IMG/VR virus record: IMGVR_UViG_3300029880_000003
Span: 2,978-66,977 of that record
Source of the DNA: a virus
Lineage: Duplodnaviria; Heunggongvirae; Uroviricota; Caudoviricetes
DNA length: 64,000 nt
Strand: one strand, 5' to 3'
This document shows positions 48,714 to 60,000 of this stretch, piece after piece. The position numbers and the translations under genes were made by a program. Each line of letters begins with the position of its first letter. Within the stretch, counting starts at the first letter, position 1. The notes below the pieces were generated by a model, which saw only the letters and a program-made list of their open reading frames with translations, made no database searches and was not told the DNA's origin.

Positions 48714-51700
48714 TTAGGAGTCTCCCAAGAATTTTACGTTTAGGGCTGCATTCGAGGATCCGCTTACCGTTCCACTTCCTGTAGTGTATGCAGCCAAATA
48801 TAGAACTTGGTCTGCTGAAAGCTCGACAACAGATGACGGAATCGAAACCGTTATATTACTGCCAGCAGATGTAGATACAGCTTCTCTAACAACATCGGAG
48901 CCATTTAATATCCTTATGCCTAAGTCTTTTCCAGACGAAAGACCAGTTGCGTTAACATAGCCTGAAACCTCGTACAAACCAGCATAAGGCACCTTTATAC
49001 CATTAGAATAAGCAGAATAATTCCCTCGCTTCACAATAGATGCCAAAGGGAGTGCTGTGCTTGTAGATGTCAAAGTCTGGGTTTTCCCGCTAGCCAACGT
49101 AGCTGTAGCCGCAATGTTTATTGTGCCAATCTTACTCTCAGCGGCTTTTGCGGTGTTTACGGCAGAAGTTGCTTTCGCATCAATGCCATTCGCTGTCTTA
49201 AGAGCATCGTTTGCTGTAGATACAGCGGACTTAACCTCTAGCGAAATTTCCTCAATGCTAGTATCACCATCATCTGAAGCAGAACCAAAGACAACCCTAC
49301 CTTTTGAAAGGACTAGGTTGCCATCAGAATTGACATACACCAATTCATTGCCCTGTGGATCTTTGATGACGAATGGATTTCTATCACCAGAGCTTGCAGT
49401 AATCGCTATACCGTCACCATTAATGGCAACGTCACCGTTCTCACTGTAGATGCCAAGTTCCTTTGTGAGCATCAATGCGCCTATGAGTGTATCGGCAATA
49501 ACGCCATATCCCTGTTCAACATTCTTTGTCTTTGGGTTATAGTAAGAGAACTTGCCTATTGCAGCTCTTGACGTTTGCCAGTTGTCATTTGTTGTATAAA
49601 GACCATTGTTGATGATTTTCAGCTGCTCATCACCATATGTCTCATTGTCGTAGATATATTCCCTGCATAGAATACCGTGTTTATCCCACGATACGCTTTG
49701 ATTGTCTGTGCCGCTTACAAGCTTGATATCAGACATTGAAAGACCGTTTTCAAACCAGTCGTTTATCTGGTTCATGCTGGTGTTGCCTTGCTTAGCCTGT
49801 CTCTTAACATAGCTATATGACGTAGCCATAGACGATGCCTGGTCTAAGACACTCTTGATATCAGTCACAGAATCTTTCACTCTTGTGGTATCAGAGAACT
49901 CAACTGACATACTGCTTATATCATCATAGTCTATCGAGTATTCTATAAGGCGAAGCTTGTAAATCTCGTCATCTATTTGTATCCTTAGCCAATTGCCAAC
50001 CTTGAAGTCTCTAACAATGGGTTCGAACTTCTTTATTGCAAGAAGATTGTTAAGATTGGCAGATATGCTATGCTGAAACTCCGAAGCCTTATGAATTTCC
50101 TCGTTTGCTACGTTTATAAACTCCAATGCTTTCTTGAACAACTGAGCATTGTCCAAACCATCGGAGACGTAGTTATCGTTAGAATACTTGTCTTCTCTTC
50201 TAAACGAGCAAAATTCCATCCAGAGCCTATTGCCAAGATAGTCTTGAAAATCAAGGGCATTCTGTATATCAGCTACATCTTTCTTTATGTAGCTTTGAAG
50301 ACCATGCGTTAGCAATGTACCATCATTGTCGTATATGCCAACAACAGTATTTATCTCTGATTCCCTTACTGCGATTTCATCCGTAACAGCAGATAACTTA
50401 TCAAGATAGGGAACATACAAATCATCATATAGATTCGGATCGCCACCAGACCAGGTTTCCTTATCAGCGATACCTTGCTCAATAAGGATATCGATGCATG
50501 TTTGGCAAGCATCGAAGAAAGAGGTGAGCCTATTCAAAGAATACTTCTTCAGCTCTGTCTTAAAATCAGTAAGCTCTTTCTTGAACAAACCAGTAATGCT
50601 CATATCATCGCTATTGCCTTTTGCCAACGCTTTGTCTATCTTCTGCTTCACAAAAGACTCGTAGTTGTCATTTATGATAATAGTCACTTCGCCGCTTGTG
50701 CCAGAGTCATCTTCATCAGAGTAGCTGGTGATATCGAAACTACCAACCCAAACACAATGATCTACTTCTTTGTTAAGAGTAGATGAATGAACCTTTATCC
50801 TGAATCGAGACGAGTCTACTACGACCTTTGCCATAGACAAAACAATGCTATCTGCGGTCGCGTTAGAAATATTCTTGATAGACTCGGCAGAAACAGGGGA
50901 GAGGTTCTTTTCGGTAAGCTTCCTTACCTCCGATTCTGCGTCTGTCTTATCAATCTTGACTGTCGGCATCAATGAGCTTCTTAGATACAGTTCCATGTCA
51001 ATAGTATTATAATATGCGTTCATAAGAGCTGGATAGCCTTTGATTGGCGTATCTATCTCCCGCAACTCATCGTTCATACTTCTATATTTTTTGACAAGGT
51101 TGTTGTAATTAACAACTATATCATTATCACTATTTATTGAAACATACTCGTTTTGATAATACGCATATTGCTTATCGTATGATTCTATCTTGGCAACAAG
51201 ATTGCTAGACATATCTGCTTTAACAGCATCGGTAATATTCCATATGTAATCAGATCCATTTGGATTGCAGTTTCGAACCGATGCAGTCATAAGGTCATCG
51301 CCAGCTTCTAGCTTAAAACAATTCTTAACCTCATCAGTATCGGTTGTTAACTGAATATCCTCTGCAAGCTCATCGGCAGTTATGAAGATGGTGGTGTCAT
51401 CGCCATAACCTTCGTTAATGTCTGTGCTTCCACATTTAGGGCATACACCAGTGAACTCACCCCTGTTGCCGCAATCATTGCAATTTGATTCAAGGTCGTA
51501 AACAGAGATGATTCTTCTGATATCTCCAAGATGATCTCTCTCGACAAGAAGTTCTCTAGTCTTCGAGTCAAGCAGTCGGTCTTCCTCAGACGAATCAAGA
51601 TAGACATTCTCCGTATCACTTGATTTTGCATTTATCACAAACAGACAGTTTATTTCTTCTGCGATATCCTGCAACGCATCGTAAATAGACATGTCATCGA

Positions 51701-52220
51701 AAGAAAACATCCTCTGTATTCTGTCTATGGTGCTATCAACATGACCTATAGAATAATGAGGAGCTTTCTCAAGAATCCTGTGCAACAAAGAAGAGCTAGG
51801 ATCGTCTGGGTTATATAGAACTGTCGGAGTTTTGTAATCGTCACGAGCGATATCATCTTCAGTGTTTATCTCGATATTGTATAGCATTATCTGAGAAAGC
51901 TCTGCTTGACCGAGCGAAGTGCCGTAAACAGTCTTCTTAACCTCGGCAGACTCATCAATCTCAACCCTTATCTCGAACCACATATCCCATTCGATACAAT
52001 ACACTAATTTGAAGTTGGTTATATAATCCCATATGCTATCTTTTTTACCGTTCTCATATTTGTAAACGGTAAACGTAAACTCCGATGCATCATTCAAAGC
52101 ATCGGTTATCTCAATTGCCTTGGCATTTACCAGTCCGATTTTATCTCCACTTTTCTTAGCCAATATAAAAGTGGGTGTTTCAGGGTTGTGGGCTTTGTCA
52201 AAATTTATCTTCATTGGCAT
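48714..52220 (-). CDS. tail spike / Tal-like baseplate hub protein
   Basis: Position after Dit; DASEFTF, D.LQDIAEE..CLF, coiled coil, C1q-like C-terminus. Confidence 0.7.
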   Translation of the reverse strand: MPMKINFDKAHNPETPTFILAKKSGDKIGLVNAKAIEITDALNDASEFTFTVYKYENGKKDSIWDYITNFKLVYCIEWDMWFEIRVEIDESAEVKKTVYGTSLGQAELSQIMLYNIEINTEDDIARDDYKTPTVLYNPDDPSSSLLHRILEKAPHYSIGHVDSTIDRIQRMFSFDDMSIYDALQDIAEEINCLFVINAKSSDTENVYLDSSEEDRLLDSKTRELLVERDHLGDIRRIISVYDLESNCNDCGNRGEFTGVCPKCGSTDINEGYGDDTTIFITADELAEDIQLTTDTDEVKNCFKLEAGDDLMTASVRNCNPNGSDYIWNITDAVKADMSSNLVAKIESYDKQYAYYQNEYVSINSDNDIVVNYNNLVKKYRSMNDELREIDTPIKGYPALMNAYYNTIDMELYLRSSLMPTVKIDKTDAESEVRKLTEKNLSPVSAESIKNISNATADSIVLSMAKVVVDSSRFRIKVHSSTLNKEVDHCVWVGSFDITSYSDEDDSGTSGEVTIIINDNYESFVKQKIDKALAKGNSDDMSITGLFKKELTDFKTELKKYSLNRLTSFFDACQTCIDILIEQGIADKETWSGGDPNLYDDLYVPYLDKLSAVTDEIAVRESEINTVVGIYDNDGTLLTHGLQSYIKKDVADIQNALDFQDYLGNRLWMEFCSFRREDKYSNDNYVSDGLDNAQLFKKALEFINVANEEIHKASEFQHSISANLNNLLAIKKFEPIVRDFKVGNWLRIQIDDEIYKLRLIEYSIDYDDISSMSVEFSDTTRVKDSVTDIKSVLDQASSMATSYSYVKRQAKQGNTSMNQINDWFENGLSMSDIKLVSGTDNQSVSWDKHGILCREYIYDNETYGDEQLKIINNGLYTTNDNWQTSRAAIGKFSYYNPKTKNVEQGYGVIADTLIGALMLTKELGIYSENGDVAINGDGIAITASSGDRNPFVIKDPQGNELVYVNSDGNLVLSKGRVVFGSASDDGDTSIEEISLEVKSAVSTANDALKTANGIDAKATSAVNTAKAAESKIGTINIAATATLASGKTQTLTSTSTALPLASIVKRGNYSAYSNGIKVPYAGLYEVSGYVNATGLSSGKDLGIRILNGSDVVREAVSTSAGSNITVSIPSSVVELSADQVLYLAAYTTGSGTVSGSSNAALNVKFLGDS

Positions 52221-52233
52221 AGCACATCACACC

Positions 52234-53037
52234 CTAAATGCCTATCTTGACAATTGGAGAATACTCCATCTTAATAGAGCATGGGAGGGATACCGTCACA
52301 TTGTTCTCTTTGTCCTTGAACGTACTTGAAATCCTAAAGAATTGCCAATTGAAATCGTTCTGTATCTTATGAGAGAGAAGAGATGAGCTTATCATAGGAT
52401 ACTCGACAGTGATAACTTCACCTTTTTTACAGTTATTGATGCGCATGGTTCTGTCTTCGGATGCGTTGTATATCTCCAATACGCCGTTTGCACTGATTGT
52501 AATTTCCATATTTGGGTAAATATATCCCTCTTCATCAGAAGCACTGTATATTGTCTTTGCTTCATTTGCTTCCACAATATCTAGCGCAATCAAAACTGGT
52601 TCTTGGAGTGCAAACGGTCTATTGGTAAACATCTCAAGCTCAAAGCCGCGAATCCTACCATCAATCTCGACCTTGCTCACATTGAAGCTTGCCTCTAAGT
52701 ATATACCGCTGTACTCATCGTCAAGAAGCTTGAACTTATGATATTCCTTGCGATTAAGCCAGCGCATGATTTTTCTCATATCCTCAACTGAAACCTCAGT
52801 CTCATCATAATCGCAGGGGTGCTTGCATATCTGAAAAGTAGCAGTCAAGCAATCTTCGTATATAGCACTTGTAAGCTCATGCTTGATTCCATTCAAAGTA
52901 GACACAGTTTCGAACTTGATCTCAGAGCCATTCGATACAGTCTCAACATCGCTTGAATCAAATTGGCATATTATAAACCCAAGATCGCTAAGCCTAACGT
53001 TATCGTATTCAAAGTCATAACATTTCACACGCGCCAC
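52234..53037 (-). CDS. distal tail protein (Dit)
   Basis: DFEYD..LSD.G, RWLNR, PFA, FNW.F; position after the tape measure gene. Confidence 0.75.
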   Translation of the reverse strand: MARVKCYDFEYDNVRLSDLGFIICQFDSSDVETVSNGSEIKFETVSTLNGIKHELTSAIYEDCLTATFQICKHPCDYDETEVSVEDMRKIMRWLNRKEYHKFKLLDDEYSGIYLEASFNVSKVEIDGRIRGFELEMFTNRPFALQEPVLIALDIVEANEAKTIYSASDEEGYIYPNMEITISANGVLEIYNASEDRTMRINNCKKGEVITVEYPMISSSLLSHKIQNDFNWQFFRISSTFKDKENNVTVSLPCSIKMEYSPIVKIGI

Positions 53038-53051
53038 CTCCGATCATAAAT

Positions 53052-53363
53052 CTATTTCAACAACCATTTGATAATCTTCCATCTACCATTGAAGACATCA
53101 TGGTTCATTACATTCCTCATTTGAATGAGATCATCCATGAGCTTGTCGTATTCATCGCCCTTGGACTTAAGCTCATCGATAACCTCAAGCATCTCATTTC
53201 TAAGAGAGTCAATAGAGTGAATCAAAGCATCTTTCTGCTCACAGTCAATCTCAAGGTTGGAGATCGTGCTTTTAAGATTCTCGATTTCAGTAGTCTGCCT
53301 ATCGATAATCTTGCTTTTCATATCACGCCTATTATTTTTCTTCCTCTTATTTCTAGTGTTCAT
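53052..53363 (-). CDS. small coiled-coil protein
   Basis: ORF track. Confidence 0.65.
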   Translation of the reverse strand: MNTRNKRKKNNRRDMKSKIIDRQTTEIENLKSTISNLEIDCEQKDALIHSIDSLRNEMLEVIDELKSKGDEYDKLMDDLIQMRNVMNHDVFNGRWKIIKWLLK

Positions 53364-53402
53364 ACATCATCACCCTTCACACAACAAAGTATGTCTATAG
53401 AA

Positions 53403-53864
53403 TCACACAATGCCGATTATCTTTGTAATCTGAGGTGACTCCAAGTTAAGCGCCTCATCAGAATACAAAACAACATGAGATTCATATTTTCTTGTGAGTT
53501 TAGTACCGTCAACAGATAGCCTTATATGTGTTGTGCATTCGTATCCGCTGTCAGTAGTCCAACAGGCACCACCATCGATAAAGACACCGTACTTCCAACA
53601 TATTGCCGCAAAGGAGTTGTCAAAGACTACTGCTACGAGTGAATAGTTTTTTATTCCTTCGATGCTGATGCTGCCGCTAGTCCAGCTGCCACTCCATAGA
53701 ACCTTGAGAGCGTCTGAGTTAATCATACCCTGTATTGCCTCAATGTTTTTCTTAATGGAATCAAATGTATCTTGAGCAGATTCAAGAGTGTCTTTATTCC
53801 TATCAATAGAACCAAGTAGCTCATCAACTTCCTCACCTGTGTATTGCAGTTTGTATTCACTCAT
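53403..53864 (-). CDS. small fibre-like protein
   Basis: YTGEEVDELL N-terminus; VLWSG..ITKIIGIV C-terminus like 23569..24342. Confidence 0.65.
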   Translation of the reverse strand: MSEYKLQYTGEEVDELLGSIDRNKDTLESAQDTFDSIKKNIEAIQGMINSDALKVLWSGSWTSGSISIEGIKNYSLVAVVFDNSFAAICWKYGVFIDGGACWTTDSGYECTTHIRLSVDGTKLTRKYESHVVLYSDEALNLESPQITKIIGIV

Positions 53865-53907
53865 AAGCTTCACCTCCATTTACACGTCCGTAATCCAAAA
53901 CAAAGAA

Positions 53908-53933
53908 GGGAGGGTGCTTTTACACACCCTCCC
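53908..53933 (-). terminator. hairpin terminator after the tape measure gene
   Basis: GGGAGGGTG / CACCCTCCC followed by TTCTTTG on the minus strand. Confidence 0.55.
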
Positions 53934-54023
53934 ACAAACAAGAGAGAATCGCTAAGCGCAATTCCAAACACGTTGCAGATATTCTAATTTAAAGACCCGT
54001 CTGCATCGGAGTCGAAACATCAA

Positions 54024-57000
54024 CTACCTGATAGCCTTGCCTTTGGCTAACGCGCTCTTGCCAGCAACTCTATCGATAGTCATAGAAGTGATAAGACGCT
54101 CGAAATTCTTATCCTTCTGCATAGAAGTCAACAACTGCTCGTAGTTCTTGACATTTGGAAGATTAAAGACAATCTTATCAAGGTTTTGAGTATAGTTGAC
54201 GTTGCCGCTGTTCGTGATAGGAGCGTTTGCAGCATCAATACCCAGGTTGCCTTTGATGAAGTCTGCTGGGTTGTTAGCCATATCCCAGATATTCTTGCTT
54301 GCAGCAGCAGTGAGAACACTGTCTCCTTGAGCAAGAGGCGTGAGGATGGCACCGTCCGATGGTCTTACAATCATCTCAGCGCCGTTCTCCTGAGTCCAAG
54401 CCAACTGATCCGCGATAATGTCTTCAACACCAGTCTTGTACGCGCTTACATCGCCCTTCTTGAACCAACCAGTGTATCCACGAGCCAAGCTATGATGACG
54501 TGTTAAGATATACCCGTTGCGCTCAGACAGAACGGTGTAGATAGGATCGTTCCTAAAATACTGTCTACCACCTCCGTGACCTTCGGAGTCTGCATAGATA
54601 GTAGCACTACCAGCGTTTATCTGACCGCCAACAGAGATGGACTTGTTCTCATTGTCTGAAGTCGATGGGGCTGGTGGTGGTGGAACATACTTCTCCGTGT
54701 TCGCCTCTTTGGAGTTTGCGGCAGAAGAAGTGGATGCAGACTTTACATCTGTACCAGCAAGCTTGTTGAGCTGTGTTATCATATTCTGCAAATTGGTGTT
54801 GATGGTGTTCAGAGCGAAGTTTGTGGTAGTCAACTTGCTCGTGAAGTCATCTCCATATGTAGAGATAATATTTGAGACACTGCCATTGCCAGAACTCCAA
54901 ATGGTAGCCATGGCATCCGTAAGCTCATATCCAACATTGCTTGCCGAGTCGGTGATGGTTTGACCGATCTTGTCACCATTCTCGTTGATTTTGACAATCA
55001 TATCGTTCATGAGAGCGTCTATGTCATCAAGACGCTTATTGAGGATTTCTTCGTATTGACTGTATAAGGAGTCAAGCATTTTGCTTTGGTCATCAGCAAA
55101 TTTGTCAAGCTCGGTTTCTTCTAAATCAGATTTGGCTTCTTCAAGATCAACCTTGATTTGCTGGATCTTTGCCTTAGCTTCTTCCGATGAGTCATTTTGA
55201 TAAGCACTTAATTGCTTTTCGAGTTTTGCAACCTCGCCAGCTTGCTCCTTGACTTTCTTACTGTAGTCATAAAGATCACGCTGCGTTTCGATAGCATCTT
55301 CATATTTGTCAATCAAATCTTGCAGAGAATCAAGTTCCTTATCAATACCTTCCTCGACAAGATCCTTTATAGCGTCTTTTTCTTGCTCAGCATTTAGAAT
55401 TGCTTCCTGCTGTGCTTCAAGAAGCTCTTGTCTTCTGTCGATAAGGTTCTGATTGTAAGGGTCTTTTGCAAGCTCTGCTTGGATACGCTTAAGCTCTTCT
55501 GCGTACTTGTCAGCCTGATACATATATGTATTATAGTTTGTACCGTGAAGACCCATGGTAGCCATACCCTCATCGGTAAGCTGCCCATTATCCTCAAATA
55601 GCTTCTTATTATCCATGAGGTCGATAAGGAAGTTTGCCTCGTCTGCAACATTAGAGATTTGGTCTTGCATCTTATCAAAGATGTCCCATTTCACTTCCCT
55701 TATCGAATTGGCATATTCGAGTGTGCTGGTCTTCAACTCTTCGATGGACTTGGTAACCTCATCCACCGAATTTACCATATCGTACCAGGACTCCGAGTAT
55801 TTCGTAATAGTGCCACTAGACATAGCATTTTGAAGCTCTTTAAGCATCTCAGCCTTTTGCTGCTCTAGCTTAGTGATATTCTTCTGAGCGTTGGCAGTAA
55901 GCGCCTCATAGTATCTGCTAGAAATTAAATATCCTCGCTCTTCGGTTTGCGAAACAAATTCGTCTAGCATATCTTTCTCGTGTTGAATTACACCCAAAGC
56001 ACCTTCGTACTTTGTAGAGACGTTTTCGAAGCGTTGTTTGTAAAGCTCAGCTTCGCTTTCCTTAAGCTCATCGATTGCATCTTTACAGTCGAGTGCCTTC
56101 TCATACCACTCTTTGTAATCCGATATCTTGTCATTAAGATCCTCGTCAGTGATTGTCTCAATGTCAATCGTACCATCGCGTACCTTAGAGGCATAGTTTT
56201 CAGACAAACCAACCTTGTTGGCTTCTTGCATATATCTGTTATATGCAGAATCTTGCAAAGAAATCTCTTTGGTTGTCTGACTAATCTGATCGTTGAGAGC
56301 AGACGTTCTCTCAGTCCAACCTTTAAAAACGCTTGTTGCCTTAAGGTCTAGTCGGGAAATCGCACGTTCGATTCTGTCGATGGCGATCTCAATCCAATCA
56401 ATCTGTTCCTCGAACTTATCTGCTTCATCGCTTGAACCAGAGGAGGAGGATTTGGATGAGCCAGAGGACTTAGAAGAAGAACCAGAAGATGACTTCTTTG
56501 AGCTAGAGGAACTAGACCTCTTCTTAGAAGAAGAAGCTCTACCCAATCCACCAGAACCACTAGAAAATGCAGTGCCATCAGCAAGTGCGCGACCTCTGCC
56601 ATTACCATGGGTTATCTTACCCTTTTCAAAGATTTCGCGTGTCTGATCCGCATTGAAGATAATGTCACCCTTTTTATAACCAAAGAACTCAGCACTATCT
56701 TCACCGATAGTATACCAGTGACCATTGCGTACCAATAGCTCAGTACCAAGCTCTCCCCCAAGAGCAACACCGTTTTCTTTTGTTCCCCAATTTCCTTGAG
56801 CAAAAGCCTTACCAGCAGTCCCATTTGCATAGGCTGTACCATTTGCATGGGCAGTGCCATCAACGCCGTTACCGCCACCGAATAGATTCTTAATACCACT
56901 AGCAATGCCACTAGTAACAGTTTGCACAGTATATTTGATGGTGCCATATAGAGTAGGAGGGGTGTAAGGAGTCATACTGGCGGTATAAACTGCGTCCGCA

Positions 57001-60000
57001 TTCTTATTTGCTGGTTGCCATCCGTCAACCTGACTAGAATCCTTTTTATATGTAGCAGTACCTTCTTTTGACGGGGCGCTCCAAGCTTCAACCTGTTCCG
57101 CACTAACACCAAACTTAACAAGGGCATTTTTAATTTCTGGTGTCCACCCGTCAACCTCGGCAGTTTTCTTCAGAAATTCAACGTATGCCTTTTTTTGTTC
57201 TGGTGTATAGCTATCAACATTTGCTGAATTTGCAAAAAACTTGACTATAGCTTTTCTATCATCTACGCTATAATTCTCTACGGCTCCGCCATCGACAGCG
57301 TACCTAGCAATCGCCTGTTTCTCTTCAGGAGCGTAATTGTCAATATCGGTAGAATCTTTTACGAAATTAACAATTGTCGTTAGTTCTTCTGGCTTGTAAC
57401 TGTCTACAATATTTGTATCTGCAACAAACTTGACAGCTACTTGTTTTTCATCGTCATTAAGATCATTAAAAATGCCTGGATTTTTAACAACAAGCCTAAC
57501 GGCTACTTGTTTTTCATCATCGCCAAGCTTATCAAGAAAATCTTTATTCTTAGCAATAAAGTTTATGGCTACTGTCCTATCGACATCTTCTAAACCCTTA
57601 AGAACATCTGGATTTTTGGCTACAAAATCAACAACAACTTTTCTCTGACCTTCATCAAGTTTGAGGTCATCGAGGATATTTTTGTTTTTGGCTACAAAAT
57701 CAATAGCTACTTTCTTCTGTTCATCTTTGTTAAGATCTTTAAGAAAATCTGGGTTCTTAGCGACATATTCAACAACGGCTTGCTGTTCTTCTTGATTATA
57801 CTTGTCTATTTCAGACCAATCGCCTACAAATTTGATAACTCTTGTCTGCTCATCCTCATTGAAGTCATTCACATAACTATTCTTATCATTATTGGCAAAC
57901 TTAGTTAACCTGTCATTTTGGGCGGCGGTCAGCGACTTTCCTTCTTTGGCAAGCTCTTGACCCCAATTCTTGACTCTTTCTTTGAAGCTTTTCTTAGCCG
58001 CCTCGCCAGCCGCCTCGCCAGCTTTCTCACCAGATTCTTCAGATTTGTCTGCATCTGCATCTGCATCAACATAAACCTTAAGACGCTTCTTATACTCTTC
58101 ATCGTCAATAATTCCAGCATCGTGAAGAGCTTGGTCTACAAGAACGCCAAGCTTGCTATCCATCTTAGCCTGGATGTCGAGTTCCGCAGGTATCGTAATT
58201 TCATCATTCTCAAGCTTAGATTTAAGCTCATCTTCGCTAAGATTATCAATACCAAGCCTAGTTTTTACTTCTGGCTCAAGCCCCTCTAGCTTCGAAACAA
58301 TCTCATCCATAGACTTGTCTACTTCAGAAGTATCGGCACCAGCTAACTCCATTTGATGCTTTTGACTAGACAGCTTATCGAACTCTTGCAAATTTTTTAT
58401 AGGCTCTTTAATCACATCGTCAACTTGACTTACATCAATGCTCATATAAGCTGGCTTGTTAAGGTTGTCCCATTGTGCCTGAAGCGTCTGGGCGATAGTA
58501 AGCGCCTCTTGAGCGCCTTCCGTTTTGATATTAAATTTGCCATCAACCTTGAACTGATCGGAATCAAGTAATTCTTTAGCGCTGTCAAGTTGGCTTTTTA
58601 CACCTTCTTTAGTGCTTTCATTAAACTTGAATGTAGTAGTCGTTTTGCCCATTTTAATTAAGGCTTCATTAGCGGTCATTGCTCTATTTTGCAAATCTGC
58701 CAAACTAGTATAGGCACCATCCATATTAATAGTGAAACCAGCGTCTTCAGATGCTCGCTCGATAATCTGAACCATTTCTTCGCTAATACCCATTGCGTCA
58801 GCAATAGCTTTATCACCATTAACGCCGAAATCAAACGAGACAATTTCACCATTCTCATCTCGTTTGATGTTTCCTTTTCCTAGTTGATCTACAGCATCAA
58901 GAAAATTATAAACGCCATCATTTGTCGATGCGCCTTCTTCATTTTTAGTAAAGAAATCTCTTACTGAATAACTAGTTCCTTTAATCTTCTCATCAAGACT
59001 ATCCCATTTTGCCTTGTAATCATCTATTGAGTTCAGCACTGTACCATCAGGCACAAACATATCAATAAATGCTTTAGAGCCATCGTCTAGCCATCCACGG
59101 TCAAGTTCTTCTTTTACGGAGTCAAAACCAGAAAGAACAGATTCGTACATATCTCTATCGGAACCAGCGGATTCAATGTTCTGCCATGCATTGAACTTTG
59201 ATGCAAGACCTTCATATTGAGCAGCTAATTCTGCAACATTGTTGATTTGCTGGCGAATATTTTCTTGCTCAGTAACCATTGCAGACATCTGAGAAGCATC
59301 AGAGCAATTCTTAATAGAGCCATCAAGCTCGTCATAGCGAGATTTTAAAGTCGCTAATTGAGAGTCTGCTTCTTTTAGCTTTCCGCTTGCATATTGTTGC
59401 TCTAGTTTTTGATACTCAGAAGAATTAAGTCTAATGCCATTAGCTGTTTCTTCGAATAAACTTGCTACATTATATCCAACTAAATCCTTGTACCGACTCT
59501 TCAAAGCGTCAATAGATTCAGTTGTAAGACCAGTTGCGGTCTTTGATTCAGCCAATGCAGTATTGACCTTATCCAAACCATCTGTCTCAGTTTCGATATC
59601 AATAGTAAATCTCATTGCCTCGGTTAACTTGGCAAGATCTTGAATCTCTTTTTTGATATCGTCTGGCGATTTGCCCTTCCAATCAATATTGCCGTCAATT
59701 ATCAACTCTTGCGCAGCTGCCAGCTCAGAAGACGATAGGCTGTCTACAAAATCCTCTGCTAACTCTGGCTTCATCTTAATTTTTTCGTCAGTCTCTAAAC
59801 GATTCTTTAGACTATCATACTGACTCTTTACGTCATTTACATTCAAAGATAACTTGAGTTGATTTTTGGTGTTATCGTCAACATTCAGGCTATCGATGAT
59901 TTCTTCAGCTTCTTCTAGCTGCTTTTTATATTCTCCAAGAGACATATCGCCTTTAGAAAATTCACTGCTTAAATCAAAAGCAGAAGTAAGCTTATCTCTA

